NCBI GenBank assembly: GCA_033764315.1
Contig: JANRJA010000251.1
Span: 1 to 37,768, forward strand
Length of the DNA: 37,768 nt
Direction: 5' to 3'
Origin: Oculatellaceae cyanobacterium bins.114
GTDB taxonomy: Bacteria > Cyanobacteriota > Cyanobacteriia > Elainellales > Elainellaceae
Shown: in pieces, positions 20,147 to 30,400 of the stretch
Numbering within the stretch: the first letter of the stretch is position 1
Layout of the letters: every line of letters begins with the position of its first letter
The notes under the pieces: generated by a model
What the model was told of the DNA's origin: nothing
Database searches by the model: none
Seen by the model: the letters and a program-made list of their open reading frames with translations, nothing else
Translations under genes and position numbers: made by a program

Positions 20147-21097
20147 CTAGCCCTGACGCTGTCGCTCTAACAACGGATCACAGTTGCGTCCACGGCCTCG
20201 CACTCGATTGCGAGTACGACATTCTTCCCAGGCAATCTGGTTGACCAAATTTTGAGGCAGTTGAGCTTGTTGGGCTAGAGCCTGTGCAAAAACGCGCAAA
20301 CTTTGAGCTTCTTGCCCCTGGCGCACTAAAATTTGAGCTTTTAAGTAGAGCAAGTCTGGATTGTTGGGGGTTTCACTCAGGGCACGTTCGACCGCAGCAC
20401 GGGCTAACTCAGGTTGGCGGAGATCGCGATAGCCGAGGGCAATGCCGCGTTGGGCTAAATAGGTGGGAGCCGCATAGTTTTGTAACCGGGCGATCGCGTC
20501 GTCAGGGTCTGAGAAGGGCAAGTTCACCGCCAACATCAAATCCATGTAGCCCCGGATCAGATTTAACTCTGGGTCATTAGGATCGATTGCCTCTGCTTGG
20601 TCTAGCTCGTCAAACACCTGTTGCAGCTTGCCTAAAATTGCTGGAGTGCCTGCCAGCGTTCCCTGTGTTGTGAGGATGTGTGCTCCTTCTAAAAAGTGAC
20701 CCACCGCTAGATAGAGATGTCCTCTTAAGGGATCTGTCTGAACGAGTTGGGCGGCACTTGCGCTAGTTTGAGTCGCACTGCTGCCCAGGGTATCCCAATC
20801 TTGATCAATATAAGCTAGAGAGGCTCGCAGGGCATGAGCCAGAGGTTCGTTGGCAGTCGGTCGTTCTAGCAGGTTGGCTGCTTCAACATAATCACCCTGC
20901 TCAAACATGGCTCGAAATGCGGTTTCGGTTCGGCTATCAATCGGGCGTGGGTTGCTATTGCGAAAGGGATCGCCCGCCCAAGCCGGAGTGGTGAATAAGC
21001 TCAGAGCGATCGCCAGACTGCCTGTTGCAGCGGCAATCAAGCGTTTTGTAGGGAAGGAGTGACGACGAGAATGCTGCGTAGGGCACACGGATGCCAT
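20147..21097 (-). CDS. Sll0314/Alr1548-family TPR protein, exported
   Basis: Signal peptide then AWA|GDPFR; DPLRGHLYLAVGHFLEG, DPELNLIRGYMDLMLAVNLPF; TPR-like helices. Confidence 0.8.
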   Translation of the reverse strand: MASVCPTQHSRRHSFPTKRLIAAATGSLAIALSLFTTPAWAGDPFRNSNPRPIDSRTETAFRAMFEQGDYVEAANLLERPTANEPLAHALRASLAYIDQDWDTLGSSATQTSASAAQLVQTDPLRGHLYLAVGHFLEGAHILTTQGTLAGTPAILGKLQQVFDELDQAEAIDPNDPELNLIRGYMDLMLAVNLPFSDPDDAIARLQNYAAPTYLAQRGIALGYRDLRQPELARAAVERALSETPNNPDLLYLKAQILVRQGQEAQSLRVFAQALAQQAQLPQNLVNQIAWEECRTRNRVRGRGRNCDPLLERQRQG

Positions 21098-21391
21098 AGG
21101 ATTTCCTTATCAGTAATTACGAATTATAAGGGTGATAACTTTGGAGTGAGCGGTCAGCTATTGCAGGTGACTAGTGCTTCAAGAGCAACGGCAGCAAGAA
21201 GGTATGCTTAATTACACTGACAATCTGGCTTGCGCGAATCAAGATACCACTAACTTTCTTACACGTCTACTCAATAGGGTTCAGCCTAACTTGGGGTGAA
21301 CTATGTGCCATGACGCGATCGCCCAGACTAGGTTCCTTTCAGATTCCACGCAGAGCTGAGTAAACTAAAGATCCGTACTTCTCGATGCCGA

Positions 21392-22069
21392 ATGCTCTAT
21401 ATCAAGAATCTGGTTTATCATCCAGCCGCCACCCCAACTGCGATTTTAAAGTCCATCAACTTAGAATTGGCTCCGCAACAGATGGGGTTAATTATTGGCC
21501 CTAGTGGATCTGGCAAAAGCACTTTGTTAGAAATTTTGGCAGGGCTTGCCCAACCGACATCGGGCACGATTCACTGGCGCAATCAAGACCTCACCCCCGA
21601 ACATTTACAGCAACTGGGTGGGCTGGTGTTTCAGTTTCCAGAGCGACATTTTTGCGGCAACACCCTTTTAGATGAACTGCGGTTGGGGCACCCCGAATTA
21701 GGCAAAGAGCGGATTGAGCAGGCACTCGAAGCAGTAGGCTTAGCCCACCTGCCTCTCAGCACTTCTCCCCGATCGCTCAGTGGCGGACAGCAGCGACGAC
21801 TGGCTCTAGCGGTGCAACTGATTCGTCAACCCTTTTTGCTGTTATTAGACGAACCCACGGCTGGGCTAGATTGGTCAATGCGACAGCAACTCGTCAGCCT
21901 GTTAGCCAAACTCAAGACGGAGTGGAGCTTGTTGATCGTGTCTCATGATGCTGGTGAGTTAGCGGCGATCGCTGATTGTGCTTGGACGCTAAATCATGGA
22001 GAATTGCAACCTGCCAGTGTAAAATCACTGGCTCCTAAAGCTCAACCCGTTGCTGTCGATGAAGCGTGA
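21392..22069 (+). CDS. ABC transporter ATP-binding protein (CbiO/EcfA-like; no adjacent permease)
   Basis: GPSGSGKS, VFQFPE, LSGGQ, LLLLDEP, SHD. Confidence 0.92.
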   Translation: MLYIKNLVYHPAATPTAILKSINLELAPQQMGLIIGPSGSGKSTLLEILAGLAQPTSGTIHWRNQDLTPEHLQQLGGLVFQFPERHFCGNTLLDELRLGHPELGKERIEQALEAVGLAHLPLSTSPRSLSGGQQRRLALAVQLIRQPFLLLLDEPTAGLDWSMRQQLVSLLAKLKTEWSLLIVSHDAGELAAIADCAWTLNHGELQPASVKSLAPKAQPVAVDEA

Positions 22070-22868
22070 ACCTGAGGGAACCGATATTACCAATGAACCA
22101 CAAGCACTGCCACAGGCAAACGAGATCTGGCAAACGACAGTGCACTGGCAACCCACCGAAACCCAACAAACTCAATTTCAAACGCTCTATGAGCTAATTC
22201 TGTCGGGCAATCGTCAACTCAACCTGACCCGCATTACAGAACCCAACGAATTTTGGGAGAAGCATGTGTGGGATTCACTTCGAGGCATCGCGTCGTGGCA
22301 GACTGCCCCAGAGACATTAACCTCTGGTCAAACCTTTCCCTCGCTTCCGATTTCTGCCTCCGCTCAAGTGATTGATATTGGCACAGGGGGAGGGTTCCCT
22401 GGTATTCCTGTGGCGATCGCTCAACCTGACTGGCACATCACTCTGCTCGACTCGACCCGCAAAAAAATGGCATTTCTCGACACGGTCATCACTGCACTAG
22501 GGTTGCCGAATGTTGCAACTATGAGCGATCGCGCCGAATCTCTAGGACAGCATTCTCAACATCGTGCCCACTACGACTTGGCACTGGTGCGAGCTGTGGC
22601 AGAAGCAGCCGTCTGTGCCGAATATGCGCTGCCTCTGCTAAAACTGGGTGGATTTGCCGTCCTCTATCGCGGCCAATGGGCTGACTCAGACACCCAAGCC
22701 TTAAAGTCTGCCGTTGCTCAATTGGGAGGGGCGATCGCCCAGGTTGTCACCTTTACCACACCCCTCAGTCAGGGCATCCGACACTGCATTTATCTGCAAA
22801 AAATGGCTCGTACCCCCGGTCGATTTCCTAGAGCGATCGGCATTCCGGTAAAACAGCCGTTGGTATAA
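22059..22868 (+). CDS. rsmG: 16S rRNA m7G527 methyltransferase RsmG
   Basis: NLTRIT, KHVWDS, DIGTGGGFPG, LLDSTRKK, RAE, RAV, FPRAIGIP. Confidence 0.96.
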   Translation: MKREPEGTDITNEPQALPQANEIWQTTVHWQPTETQQTQFQTLYELILSGNRQLNLTRITEPNEFWEKHVWDSLRGIASWQTAPETLTSGQTFPSLPISASAQVIDIGTGGGFPGIPVAIAQPDWHITLLDSTRKKMAFLDTVITALGLPNVATMSDRAESLGQHSQHRAHYDLALVRAVAEAAVCAEYALPLLKLGGFAVLYRGQWADSDTQALKSAVAQLGGAIAQVVTFTTPLSQGIRHCIYLQKMARTPGRFPRAIGIPVKQPLV

Positions 22869-22919
22869 GGTAGCCAGCAACGCTTGAGATGACCCAGAAA
22901 CCGTCCAATTGAGTGACGA

Positions 22920-23678
22920 TTAACCTTGAGGTATGACCTTGGCGATCGCGGATTCACTCAGACCTGTAATCCTGGCAACCTGTTCTACGGTCATGCCCTC
23001 TGCGAATAGGTTATGAGCCGTTTGTAATAGCTGTGCCTCTGCTCTGTCAGCTCGTTGGCGTTCCTGTTCTTCCGGGGTTGGCAGCACTTCTCCCTCCAAC
23101 GTTGCCCAGCGCAGCCAAATCGCATTGATCCCTTTGTAAGTGCCCTGCCAACGCTGCAAGCTTAGCCCTAACGCCTCACTCACAAATTGTTGGCGATCGC
23201 CCAGCCCTAAAGCTTTGTATCCCCCTTTATCCCAGGAAAATCCTGCCCAATCCTCTGGATTAAAGGGGTCATACCAGAAGTATTCGGGCACGCGCATCTG
23301 ATTCTGATAAATTAGCTTTTTCTCAGTTTTGTCGTTAGTAGCTGTACTGTCGGATAGCAACTCAATCACAACATCGGGGGCTTTCCCTTCTTCCCAGACC
23401 ACCCAACTTTTACGCTCTCCTTGAGGAACCCCCAACACCACAAAAACATCTGGCCCCTTAAAGTCTTGATTCCGTAGTTGAGCAGAACTGTAATAGACAA
23501 ACATATTGCCGCCAACAAACCCATCGTTTCGCTCAGCCAACCAGGGAGTTAGCGCATCCATTAGCAAGTCCATTTGGGCTTTGTGCCGCGCACTTTCCAT
23601 AGGCACACCATCATCATAGGGAAGGTCTTCCTGAGTGGGAGGAAGTTCGACGTAAGGGGCAGATAGGGTGTCTGACAT
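22920..23678 (-). CDS. Uma2 family PD-(D/E)xK endonuclease
   Basis: DDGVPMESARH, GPDVFVV, PDVVIELLS, EYFWYDP; HTH-like tail. Confidence 0.92.
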   Translation of the reverse strand: MSDTLSAPYVELPPTQEDLPYDDGVPMESARHKAQMDLLMDALTPWLAERNDGFVGGNMFVYYSSAQLRNQDFKGPDVFVVLGVPQGERKSWVVWEEGKAPDVVIELLSDSTATNDKTEKKLIYQNQMRVPEYFWYDPFNPEDWAGFSWDKGGYKALGLGDRQQFVSEALGLSLQRWQGTYKGINAIWLRWATLEGEVLPTPEEQERQRADRAEAQLLQTAHNLFAEGMTVEQVARITGLSESAIAKVIPQG

Positions 23679-23766
23679 AGCTTTTTCACCAATGGAGTCG
23701 CCCGCAGCGAATATCTTTTATAGTACTGGATTGGGCTGAGAGAGTCAGGGAATAGAGGAGTAAGCC

Positions 23767-23810
23767 ATTGCAGGGCAGAAACGCGATTAATCGCGTTTCT
23801 GCCCTGCAAT
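23767..23810. repeat. Perfect 44-bp palindrome (REP-like)
   Basis: ATTGCAGGGCAGAAACGCGATT|AATCGCGTTTCTGCCCTGCAAT with no spacer. Confidence 0.9.
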
Positions 23811-23818
23811 CCCTCACC

Positions 23819-25240
23819 CTATCGACCATTATCTGGAATCATCTTCTCCAAGGCTGTCTGCACCTCTCGCGTTAACTCACTCACGGCTTGCTTTGCAGAC
23901 TGGCGATCGCGCTCGTACAACGCCCAGCGATCGCTTACTGAAATGGGTTGACCTACCGTTAAATGAACTCGCCGCCAGCCCAACCGGGGACGAGCGGGAA
24001 CATGATCTCCCTTGATTCGGGCAACCAAGTCAAACATTAGCATTGCCATTTCAGCCAGTCGCTCAACCGAGGGTTGCTCGTCCACATAGGTTTTTGTGAC
24101 GGCAACAAAGCTTTCGACCAATCGCATATGGCGCGATCGCATCTCTGCTGTTTCGGCGATCCAATCTGCCAACCCCCGTTCAAATGGTGATAAGTGGTTG
24201 AGATTCGATAAATCTTCTCGATAAATATCTCGCCAACTGGCTTCTTCTAAGCGGCGGCACCGCTCAACCACACTGCCTTGAGGTGACACATTAAAGTACT
24301 GTTCTGCGGTTTGTAGTGCCCGATCTAAAACGATCTGAAGCCGTTCATCAAAACTGTTCTCTAGAGGCGTGTTTGGCTGCAAAGGAGTGGGGCGATCGCT
24401 GTGAGTAAACCGTTGATAAAACTGCTCCATTTGAGTCAGCAAATGCTCACCCAACTGGCAAATCCGTTGATAGCATCTCTGCGCGATGTCTGCCGTGGCA
24501 GTTGAACGAGTCGGTTGCACAAGTAATCCTGTATCTGACTCCAATTGGCTTAGCAACCGATCTAAATTGGCCCAGGGTGGCTCTACATAGTGATAATGAA
24601 TACCAATTGGCACCACGATCACAGGCTCAGTACGCTTTTCTTTAATCAGATCTTGAACACACCAAAAGCTGAGCTGTGCTAATCCCGGTTCTAACGGGCT
24701 GACAATCTCACTATGTCCGTTGGTTTGCCCCTCTGGAGCCATCGCAAACGGTAGCTTGCCATGCGTCAATAGTTTTCGAGTTGCCCGCACTGCCGCTCGA
24801 TCAAGTTGTTTCCCACGATGGACTGGAACGCCACCCAGCCGCGCAAACAACCAACCCAACCAGTCGCCTGCCCACAACGTCATACCGCGATCGTACATAT
24901 AGTGGGCATGCAGAGGATATTGCAGCGTGATTCCTGCTTGACGAGCCGCTTGAGGAATCGCACGAGAGCACAAAAACATCAAACTCAATGGATCATCCAC
25001 CTCAACGTGGCGAAACGCCATGATCAGCCGAATCTTACCTGCTTGAAATTGTTGATAGAGATCAGCCAATCCCTCTGCGTTGGTGACATCTACTCTGGCA
25101 ATCCCTGCTGGAAGCCACGATCGCAACCGCACCTGCATCACCACTGGCAAGACCCAATGAGCAAACCTCAACAAGAGTGGATTAAAGCGTTCTGGAATAA
25201 ATTCCAAAGGAGGTTGGGCACGCTGACGGGAATGGGACAA
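23819..25240 (-). CDS. PlsC-like glycerolipid acyltransferase family protein
   Basis: HxxxxD motif (RHVEVDD), APEG, PIGIHY. Start placed at TTG 25240 with upstream GGAG rather than 25432. Confidence 0.8.
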   Translation of the reverse strand: MSHSRQRAQPPLEFIPERFNPLLLRFAHWVLPVVMQVRLRSWLPAGIARVDVTNAEGLADLYQQFQAGKIRLIMAFRHVEVDDPLSLMFLCSRAIPQAARQAGITLQYPLHAHYMYDRGMTLWAGDWLGWLFARLGGVPVHRGKQLDRAAVRATRKLLTHGKLPFAMAPEGQTNGHSEIVSPLEPGLAQLSFWCVQDLIKEKRTEPVIVVPIGIHYHYVEPPWANLDRLLSQLESDTGLLVQPTRSTATADIAQRCYQRICQLGEHLLTQMEQFYQRFTHSDRPTPLQPNTPLENSFDERLQIVLDRALQTAEQYFNVSPQGSVVERCRRLEEASWRDIYREDLSNLNHLSPFERGLADWIAETAEMRSRHMRLVESFVAVTKTYVDEQPSVERLAEMAMLMFDLVARIKGDHVPARPRLGWRRVHLTVGQPISVSDRWALYERDRQSAKQAVSELTREVQTALEKMIPDNGR

Positions 25241-25569
25241 GCTACTTCTCCAAAGACAAAAAATGCTGAGCCTGAGACGGAGGGCAAAGCTAGTGATTCT
25301 GTTGGTGTTGCTGATCGCAGTATGAATTTTGTCAGAGCGTTTTGCAAAAAGCCCCTGCTGTAACAAGCAGCGTGAGTTCAGGATCGGAATTTTGACGGTT
25401 ATAACCGTAGACTTCGTCTTGATAGCCGCCAATGTGTTGGCTAGGGGCTTAACTCAAATGGACGTTCACCACCGTCCATGCATCGTACCCGTATTCAGCA
25501 ACGTTATTTTGTTGATCCTAGCGTTTAGGATGACCTAACTGATATAGCAACTGTTGCAGGAAATGATGG

Positions 25570-26433
25570 TTAGAGCATAGGCGCAATGGCAGGTGAGAGA
25601 TGCCGTTCTAGCCAGTTCTCCAAATCTGCTAGAACCACTTGATGATCTAAATCATCAAATAATTCATGATAAGCGTCGGGGTACTCGTGCTGCTCTTTGT
25701 CGAGACATCCCGCCTGTTCAAAAAAACGTCGTCCCCCGTCGGGCAGGGCAACGCGATCGCTCCCTCCTTGCAAGATCAATAGCGGCAACTGCCAATCAGT
25801 TGCATGAGCGTGAACCCATGCCACTGTTGTCAAAAACTCTGTGCCAAAGCGAGCCGTTACTTGAGAATGGCGCAGCGGATCAGTGCGATATCTCTCGACG
25901 ATCGCCGGATCGCGTGCTCCCAGGTCAGACCTTAACCCGGTGCTGAGACTAAATCGAGGGTAAATGTTTGAAAGCAACTGCCCCAACCCAATCTTGATGG
26001 GTGAAACGCCCGTCGAACCAATAATGGGAGCCGATATAATCACCCCTTGTAGAGTTTTTGCTTGTTGAGGACAACGCAAGCCATAGTCCAACACGACGAC
26101 AGCACCGACGCTGTGCCCTAACAAAAACACAGGACGCTCTGGTTGCTTTGTCTTGACCCACTGCACAAACAATCCCAAATCTTCTCGAAATTCTGACCAA
26201 GCGTTGATATACCCCCGTTGACCGAGCGATCGCCCATTGCCTCGTGCATCATACCCAAACACTGCATAGCCTTTGGGTACTAACGCTTGCACAACGTTGC
26301 CAAAGAGTCCACTATGACCCCCCATGCCGTGAGCGATCGCCAGCACCGCCCGCACGGGTGTCTCTGGATGCCAATATTGGTAATACAAACGAAGGTCATC
26401 GCTGCTCTGAAAGGTGCCTTCCTGGTAATACAT
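25570..26433 (-). CDS. Alpha/beta hydrolase (lysophospholipase/monoacylglycerol lipase-like)
   Basis: HGMGGH, DARGNGRS, GHSVG nucleophile elbow, GGSD, YHEL. Confidence 0.92.
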   Translation of the reverse strand: MYYQEGTFQSSDDLRLYYQYWHPETPVRAVLAIAHGMGGHSGLFGNVVQALVPKGYAVFGYDARGNGRSLGQRGYINAWSEFREDLGLFVQWVKTKQPERPVFLLGHSVGAVVVLDYGLRCPQQAKTLQGVIISAPIIGSTGVSPIKIGLGQLLSNIYPRFSLSTGLRSDLGARDPAIVERYRTDPLRHSQVTARFGTEFLTTVAWVHAHATDWQLPLLILQGGSDRVALPDGGRRFFEQAGCLDKEQHEYPDAYHELFDDLDHQVVLADLENWLERHLSPAIAPML

Positions 26434-26489
26434 TGGGAAATCTACGACACGTTGAAATTACTGATAGCAGTGTAAAAGAAATTGCAGGG

Positions 26490-26522
26490 AGATCTTCGGT
26501 TTTTGTGCAAAGCCGAAGATCT
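26490..26522. repeat. Hairpin resembling the family B core
   Basis: AGATCTTCGGTTTT-tgtgc-AAAGCCGAAGATCT. Confidence 0.6.
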
Positions 26523-26530
26523 GTTAAGTA

Positions 26531-26601
26531 CAAGACGCTATAACAGAGTCAGCAGAAAACCTGGGTGAGAGACTATGGCATGAGACAAAGCTTACAAAGA
26601 G
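26531..26601 (+). pseudogene. Relic copy of the Roco gene promoter and first codons
   Basis: 26531-26558 identical (28 bp) to 27367-27394; then GGGTGAGAG and ATG 26575 reading MA*DKAYKE, versus MVRDEAYQE in the intact gene. Confidence 0.8.
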
Positions 26602-26646
26602 CGTTGGGAGGATGATTCTTGCAGTTGAGTCAGTTGATGGGGAGAA

Positions 26647-26988
26647 TCAGGAACTCTGGGTGGGTAGCAAAGGCTCAATCATAGATAGTAGCTGAGGAAT
26701 ATCATCCTGAATTACATCCCAAATTTCATCCACTTCGACGCGATCGTACTGATGAGTAAGGATGTCTCGCATTCCAGCAATTTCTCGCCACGGGACTTGT
26801 GGATGCTGATTGCGGAAGTCAGCAGATAATCGCTTGACGGCTTCTCCAATAACGACGATTTGATAGAGAATGGCAGACTGCTTCTCCAGATTTACTGCCA
26901 GTTCTGGCTTCTCTAAGCCTTGGGCGAATTCCAGGATAAGCTGGGCAGATCTGGCAATATCCAATAGTGAAGCGTTATCTCGCAACAT
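26647..26988 (-). CDS. hepT: HEPN (DUF86) ribonuclease toxin, HepT-like
   Basis: IGEAVK, PWREIAGM and Rx4HxY motif RDILTHQY. Confidence 0.92.
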   Translation of the reverse strand: MLRDNASLLDIARSAQLILEFAQGLEKPELAVNLEKQSAILYQIVVIGEAVKRLSADFRNQHPQVPWREIAGMRDILTHQYDRVEVDEIWDVIQDDIPQLLSMIEPLLPTQSS

Positions 26989-27292
26989 AAATGACCTGAG
27001 CCGTTCCCAAAATCTCGTTGCGTCGAATCCAGTTATGGCTCGTTTCGACAGCGTGCTTGCTGACCAAATCTACTTCGCGCCCCAACATATCCTCCAACTC
27101 GTACTTCATCTTTACTAAGGTCAATAACCCGCGTTTCGCATCTGAAGCAAAAGTAATTAGAACATCAATATCGCTGTCAGGGCGAAAATCGTCTCGGAGG
27201 ACAGAACCAAACAGAGCAAGCTCACTCACCTTCCAACGTTGGCAGAATGCAACGAGCTTGTCTTCAGGAAGTTGAATGTTGAGCGTGAGCAT
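26975..27292 (-). CDS. mntA: Minimal nucleotidyltransferase antitoxin, MntA-like
   Basis: GSx10DxD motif (FGSVLRDDFRPDSDID) and GREVDLV; overlaps the HEPN gene by 14 nt. Confidence 0.92.
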   Translation of the reverse strand: MLTLNIQLPEDKLVAFCQRWKVSELALFGSVLRDDFRPDSDIDVLITFASDAKRGLLTLVKMKYELEDMLGREVDLVSKHAVETSHNWIRRNEILGTAQVIYVAR

Positions 27293-27366
27293 GATTTAGC
27301 CTCCCAAATTAGCAGGTGGTTCAGCTATTCTGCCTTTATTTTATGCCTTGGCTCGATTTACTAGAG

Positions 27367-27409
27367 CAAGACGCTATAACAGAGTCAGCAGAAATAGGGG
27401 TGAGAGCTT
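27367..27409 (+). promoter_or_regulatory. Putative promoter/5' UTR of the Roco gene
   Basis: TATAAC -10-like hexamer at 27375-27380 and purine-rich GGGGTGAGAG before the ATG; preserved in the duplicate copy. Confidence 0.5.
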
Positions 27410-30400
27410 ATGGTGCGAGACGAAGCCTATCAGGAAGCAGAACGACGGATTGAAGCAGCCCGCCGGGAGGGAGCTACAGAACTCGACCTCAGAAACCTAA
27501 AATTGACAGAGTTGCCTGAATCAATTAGTCAACTTAACAATCTGAAAAAACTTGATCTTGGTGGAGACTCTTGGAAAGATTCTAAAAACCAGCTGACGGA
27601 AGTGCCAGAGGCGATCGCATCCCTCACCCAGTTGCAAGAGCTTGATCTCTCCGGTAACAAATTGACAGAGTTATCAGAGGCGATCGCATCCCTCACCCAG
27701 TTGCAGTCGCTTGACCTCTCCAACAACCAATTGACGGAGTTGCCTGAGGTGATTACCTCTCTGACTCAGTTGCAATCACTTGATCTTGGAAAAAATCAGT
27801 TAGAAATCCTACCGAATTCCTTGACAAATCTGACGAAACTTACCGCCCTTCACCTCTGGAGAAATCCTCTTTCACTAGTCCCTAATATAATTTTTCACCT
27901 GAAAAGCTTGGTATCACTTCAACTAAATAGTATTGGACTGCATGAACTTTCATCAGAAATTGCACTGCTAGAGAATTTGGAATTTCTTCATCTATTCAAC
28001 AATGAACTAAGGAGGATACCACCAGAAATTGGTCAACTCAAGAAGTTGAAAGTGCTTGAAATTGGTGTTGAAATTGTAGGTGGCAATTTACTGAACAGTT
28101 TGCCGGAAGAAATTGGACTACTAAGCGAACTCGAATCACTAAGACTTGACAGAAATGAGCTGACTACACTTCCAAATTCACTTTCATATCTACATAAGCT
28201 GAAGACACTGAATCTTGCTAAGAATCCCCTTAATCCTGATGTTGCCGCTGCTTATAAACAAGGTATTGAAGCCGTCATGCAATACTTGCGGGCAAGATCA
28301 GCAGGAGAAGTGATGCTAAATGAAGCAAAGCTAATTTTGGTGGGCGAGGGTGAGGTAGGAAAAAGTTGTTTATTAGGGGCATTACGGAGAGATGAATGGG
28401 TTGATGGTCGTCCCACGACGCATGGAATTGAGATTAAACCTGTCATTGTTACTGCTCCTGACAGCGGAACGAAGATTACGCTGAATGGTTGGGATTTTGG
28501 GGGGCAGAGGGTTTACCGTCCAACCCATCAACTATTCTTTAGTTCATCAGCGGTTTATCTAGTAGTGTGGAAGCCACGGGAGGGGCCACAGCAGGGGTTT
28601 GTCAAAGAATGGATCACGCTGATCAAGCATCGAGAGCCCGATGCAAAAGTGCTGGTGGTGGCAACCCACGGTGGTCCCGGACAGCGACAACCGGATATCG
28701 ATCGACAGGAATTGATTGATCTGTTTGGCAACGATACCGTTGTTGATTTCTTTCACGTTGATAGTCTGCTGAGTACTGGGATTACCGAGTTGAGAGATGC
28801 GATTGCCAACACTGCCGCCAACTTACCCGGAATGGGTCGTCTTGTGCCTACTAAATGGCAACGCATTCGGGAGTTGTTGGAGGAGTCTGGCAAAACCTAT
28901 TTGCCTTACAACGAGATCATTGCCCTTTGTGAAGAACAAGGACTTGAAGGCTTCGCTGCCGAACTGTTTGTTCGTGTCTCTCACACCCTGGGATATTTGA
29001 TCCACTACCATTACGACCCCATCCTGCAAGATATTGTCATCCTCAAACCCGACTGGTTAGCCAAAGCCATCAGTTTTGTCCTGGATGATGAAACCACTCG
29101 TTGCCGTAACGGGTTGGTCGAGTTTGCCCACCTTAGCCAGTTGTGGAGCCATCCCCCCTTTGCAGGTGAAGAGGGTTATCCCAAAGCTCTCCATCCGGTA
29201 TTTCTGCGGTTGATGGAACGCTTCGATTTGTCTTACAAAGTTGTTCTTGATCCAGCGTCTAGAGAAGAAAGCACCACCAGCCTGATTGCTCAACTGGTGC
29301 CCGACAATCGCCCAGAGCAATTGCCCAATTGGGGCGAACAACCCGACGAGGGTGACAGACAACAGGTGCAAATCTGCCGGATTGTGGACGATCGCGGTCA
29401 GAGTGCCAATGCTGAAGGATTGTTCTATCAACTCATTGTGCGGCTCCACAAATACTCGCTAGGACGCAACAACTACGAAAACAGCATTCACTGGCAACGA
29501 GGGTTAATGCTCGACAACGACTACAACGGTCGCGCCTTGCTCGAACACATCGGCAATGATGTCAAAATCACCGTCCGAGCCGCCTATCCAGAAAGGTTTC
29601 TCGCTTATCTCACCGAAGAGGTGAAATGGCTGGTGGAGAGCTTTTGGGAAGGGTTGAACTGCAACATCATGGTGCCTTGTATTGCTCCCTGTGGCATGGA
29701 GACCCCCGGACATGGACTCTTTGAGGTACAAAAACTAATCGAAAGCAAAAAGAAAAATCGACCTGAATTTCCCTGCCCGATATCAGGTTGTGATGAGTGG
29801 CAAAACATTGACCAATTGCTAAATAATGCTCCTGCGGCACAGCCTACCGTCCAGGAAGTCTTAAGCGAGAAACTGACCGACGTACAGGAAACATTACAGG
29901 TCATTCGTAAAGAAATACGAGTTAAAGATCAGCGGGATCAACTACGATATCAAGACCTGAGCAAAAAGCAGCTTGCTACTATGAGCTTAGTTGATCAGCA
30001 ATTTGCTGATCTGATGCAGATGCTGACTGATGAAGCCAAAGATGGCCCACGTCTGTTTAGTTTCAAACCTGTTGATCCAAAATTCTTCGATCGCCCTAAA
30101 TGGATCAGCGAAAAGTTTCAACTCACCCTCTGGTGTGAACACTCGCGTAAACCTCTCCCGGCCCTCAATCCTCCGGGTAGCAAGCAGGGTGTTTACGTAT
30201 TAGAACTCAATCGTGAGTGGTTCACAAAAGCGGTTCCCTACTTCAAACTGCTGACTGGAACCTTGAGCCTAGTTTTACCTGTTGCCGCTTCAACAACTCA
30301 ATTCATGCTGGACGATGCGACCTACAAAGGCATTCAAGAGGAATTAGATCTGGGTCAAAAAAGCCTTGAATTTGGCATTAAAGGCAGTAATATGGCGATC

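Noticed and set aside
25241..25432. N-terminal extension of the acyltransferase ORF (likewise purL 17780-17881, HDAC 8692-8739, ctpC 10175-10222, GDSL 36059-36106)
   Set aside because: Longest-ORF artefacts; downstream starts fit the family N-termini or RBS better.
24720..26543. Antisense and nested ORFs (e.g. 24806-25363, 25593-25946) and similar shadow ORFs elsewhere
   Set aside because: They overlap well-supported genes and carry no recognisable motifs.
27593..27799. 69-bp periodic repeats as CRISPR or DGR repeats
   Set aside because: In-frame LRR coding units; differences are not adenine-specific and there is no reverse transcriptase nearby.
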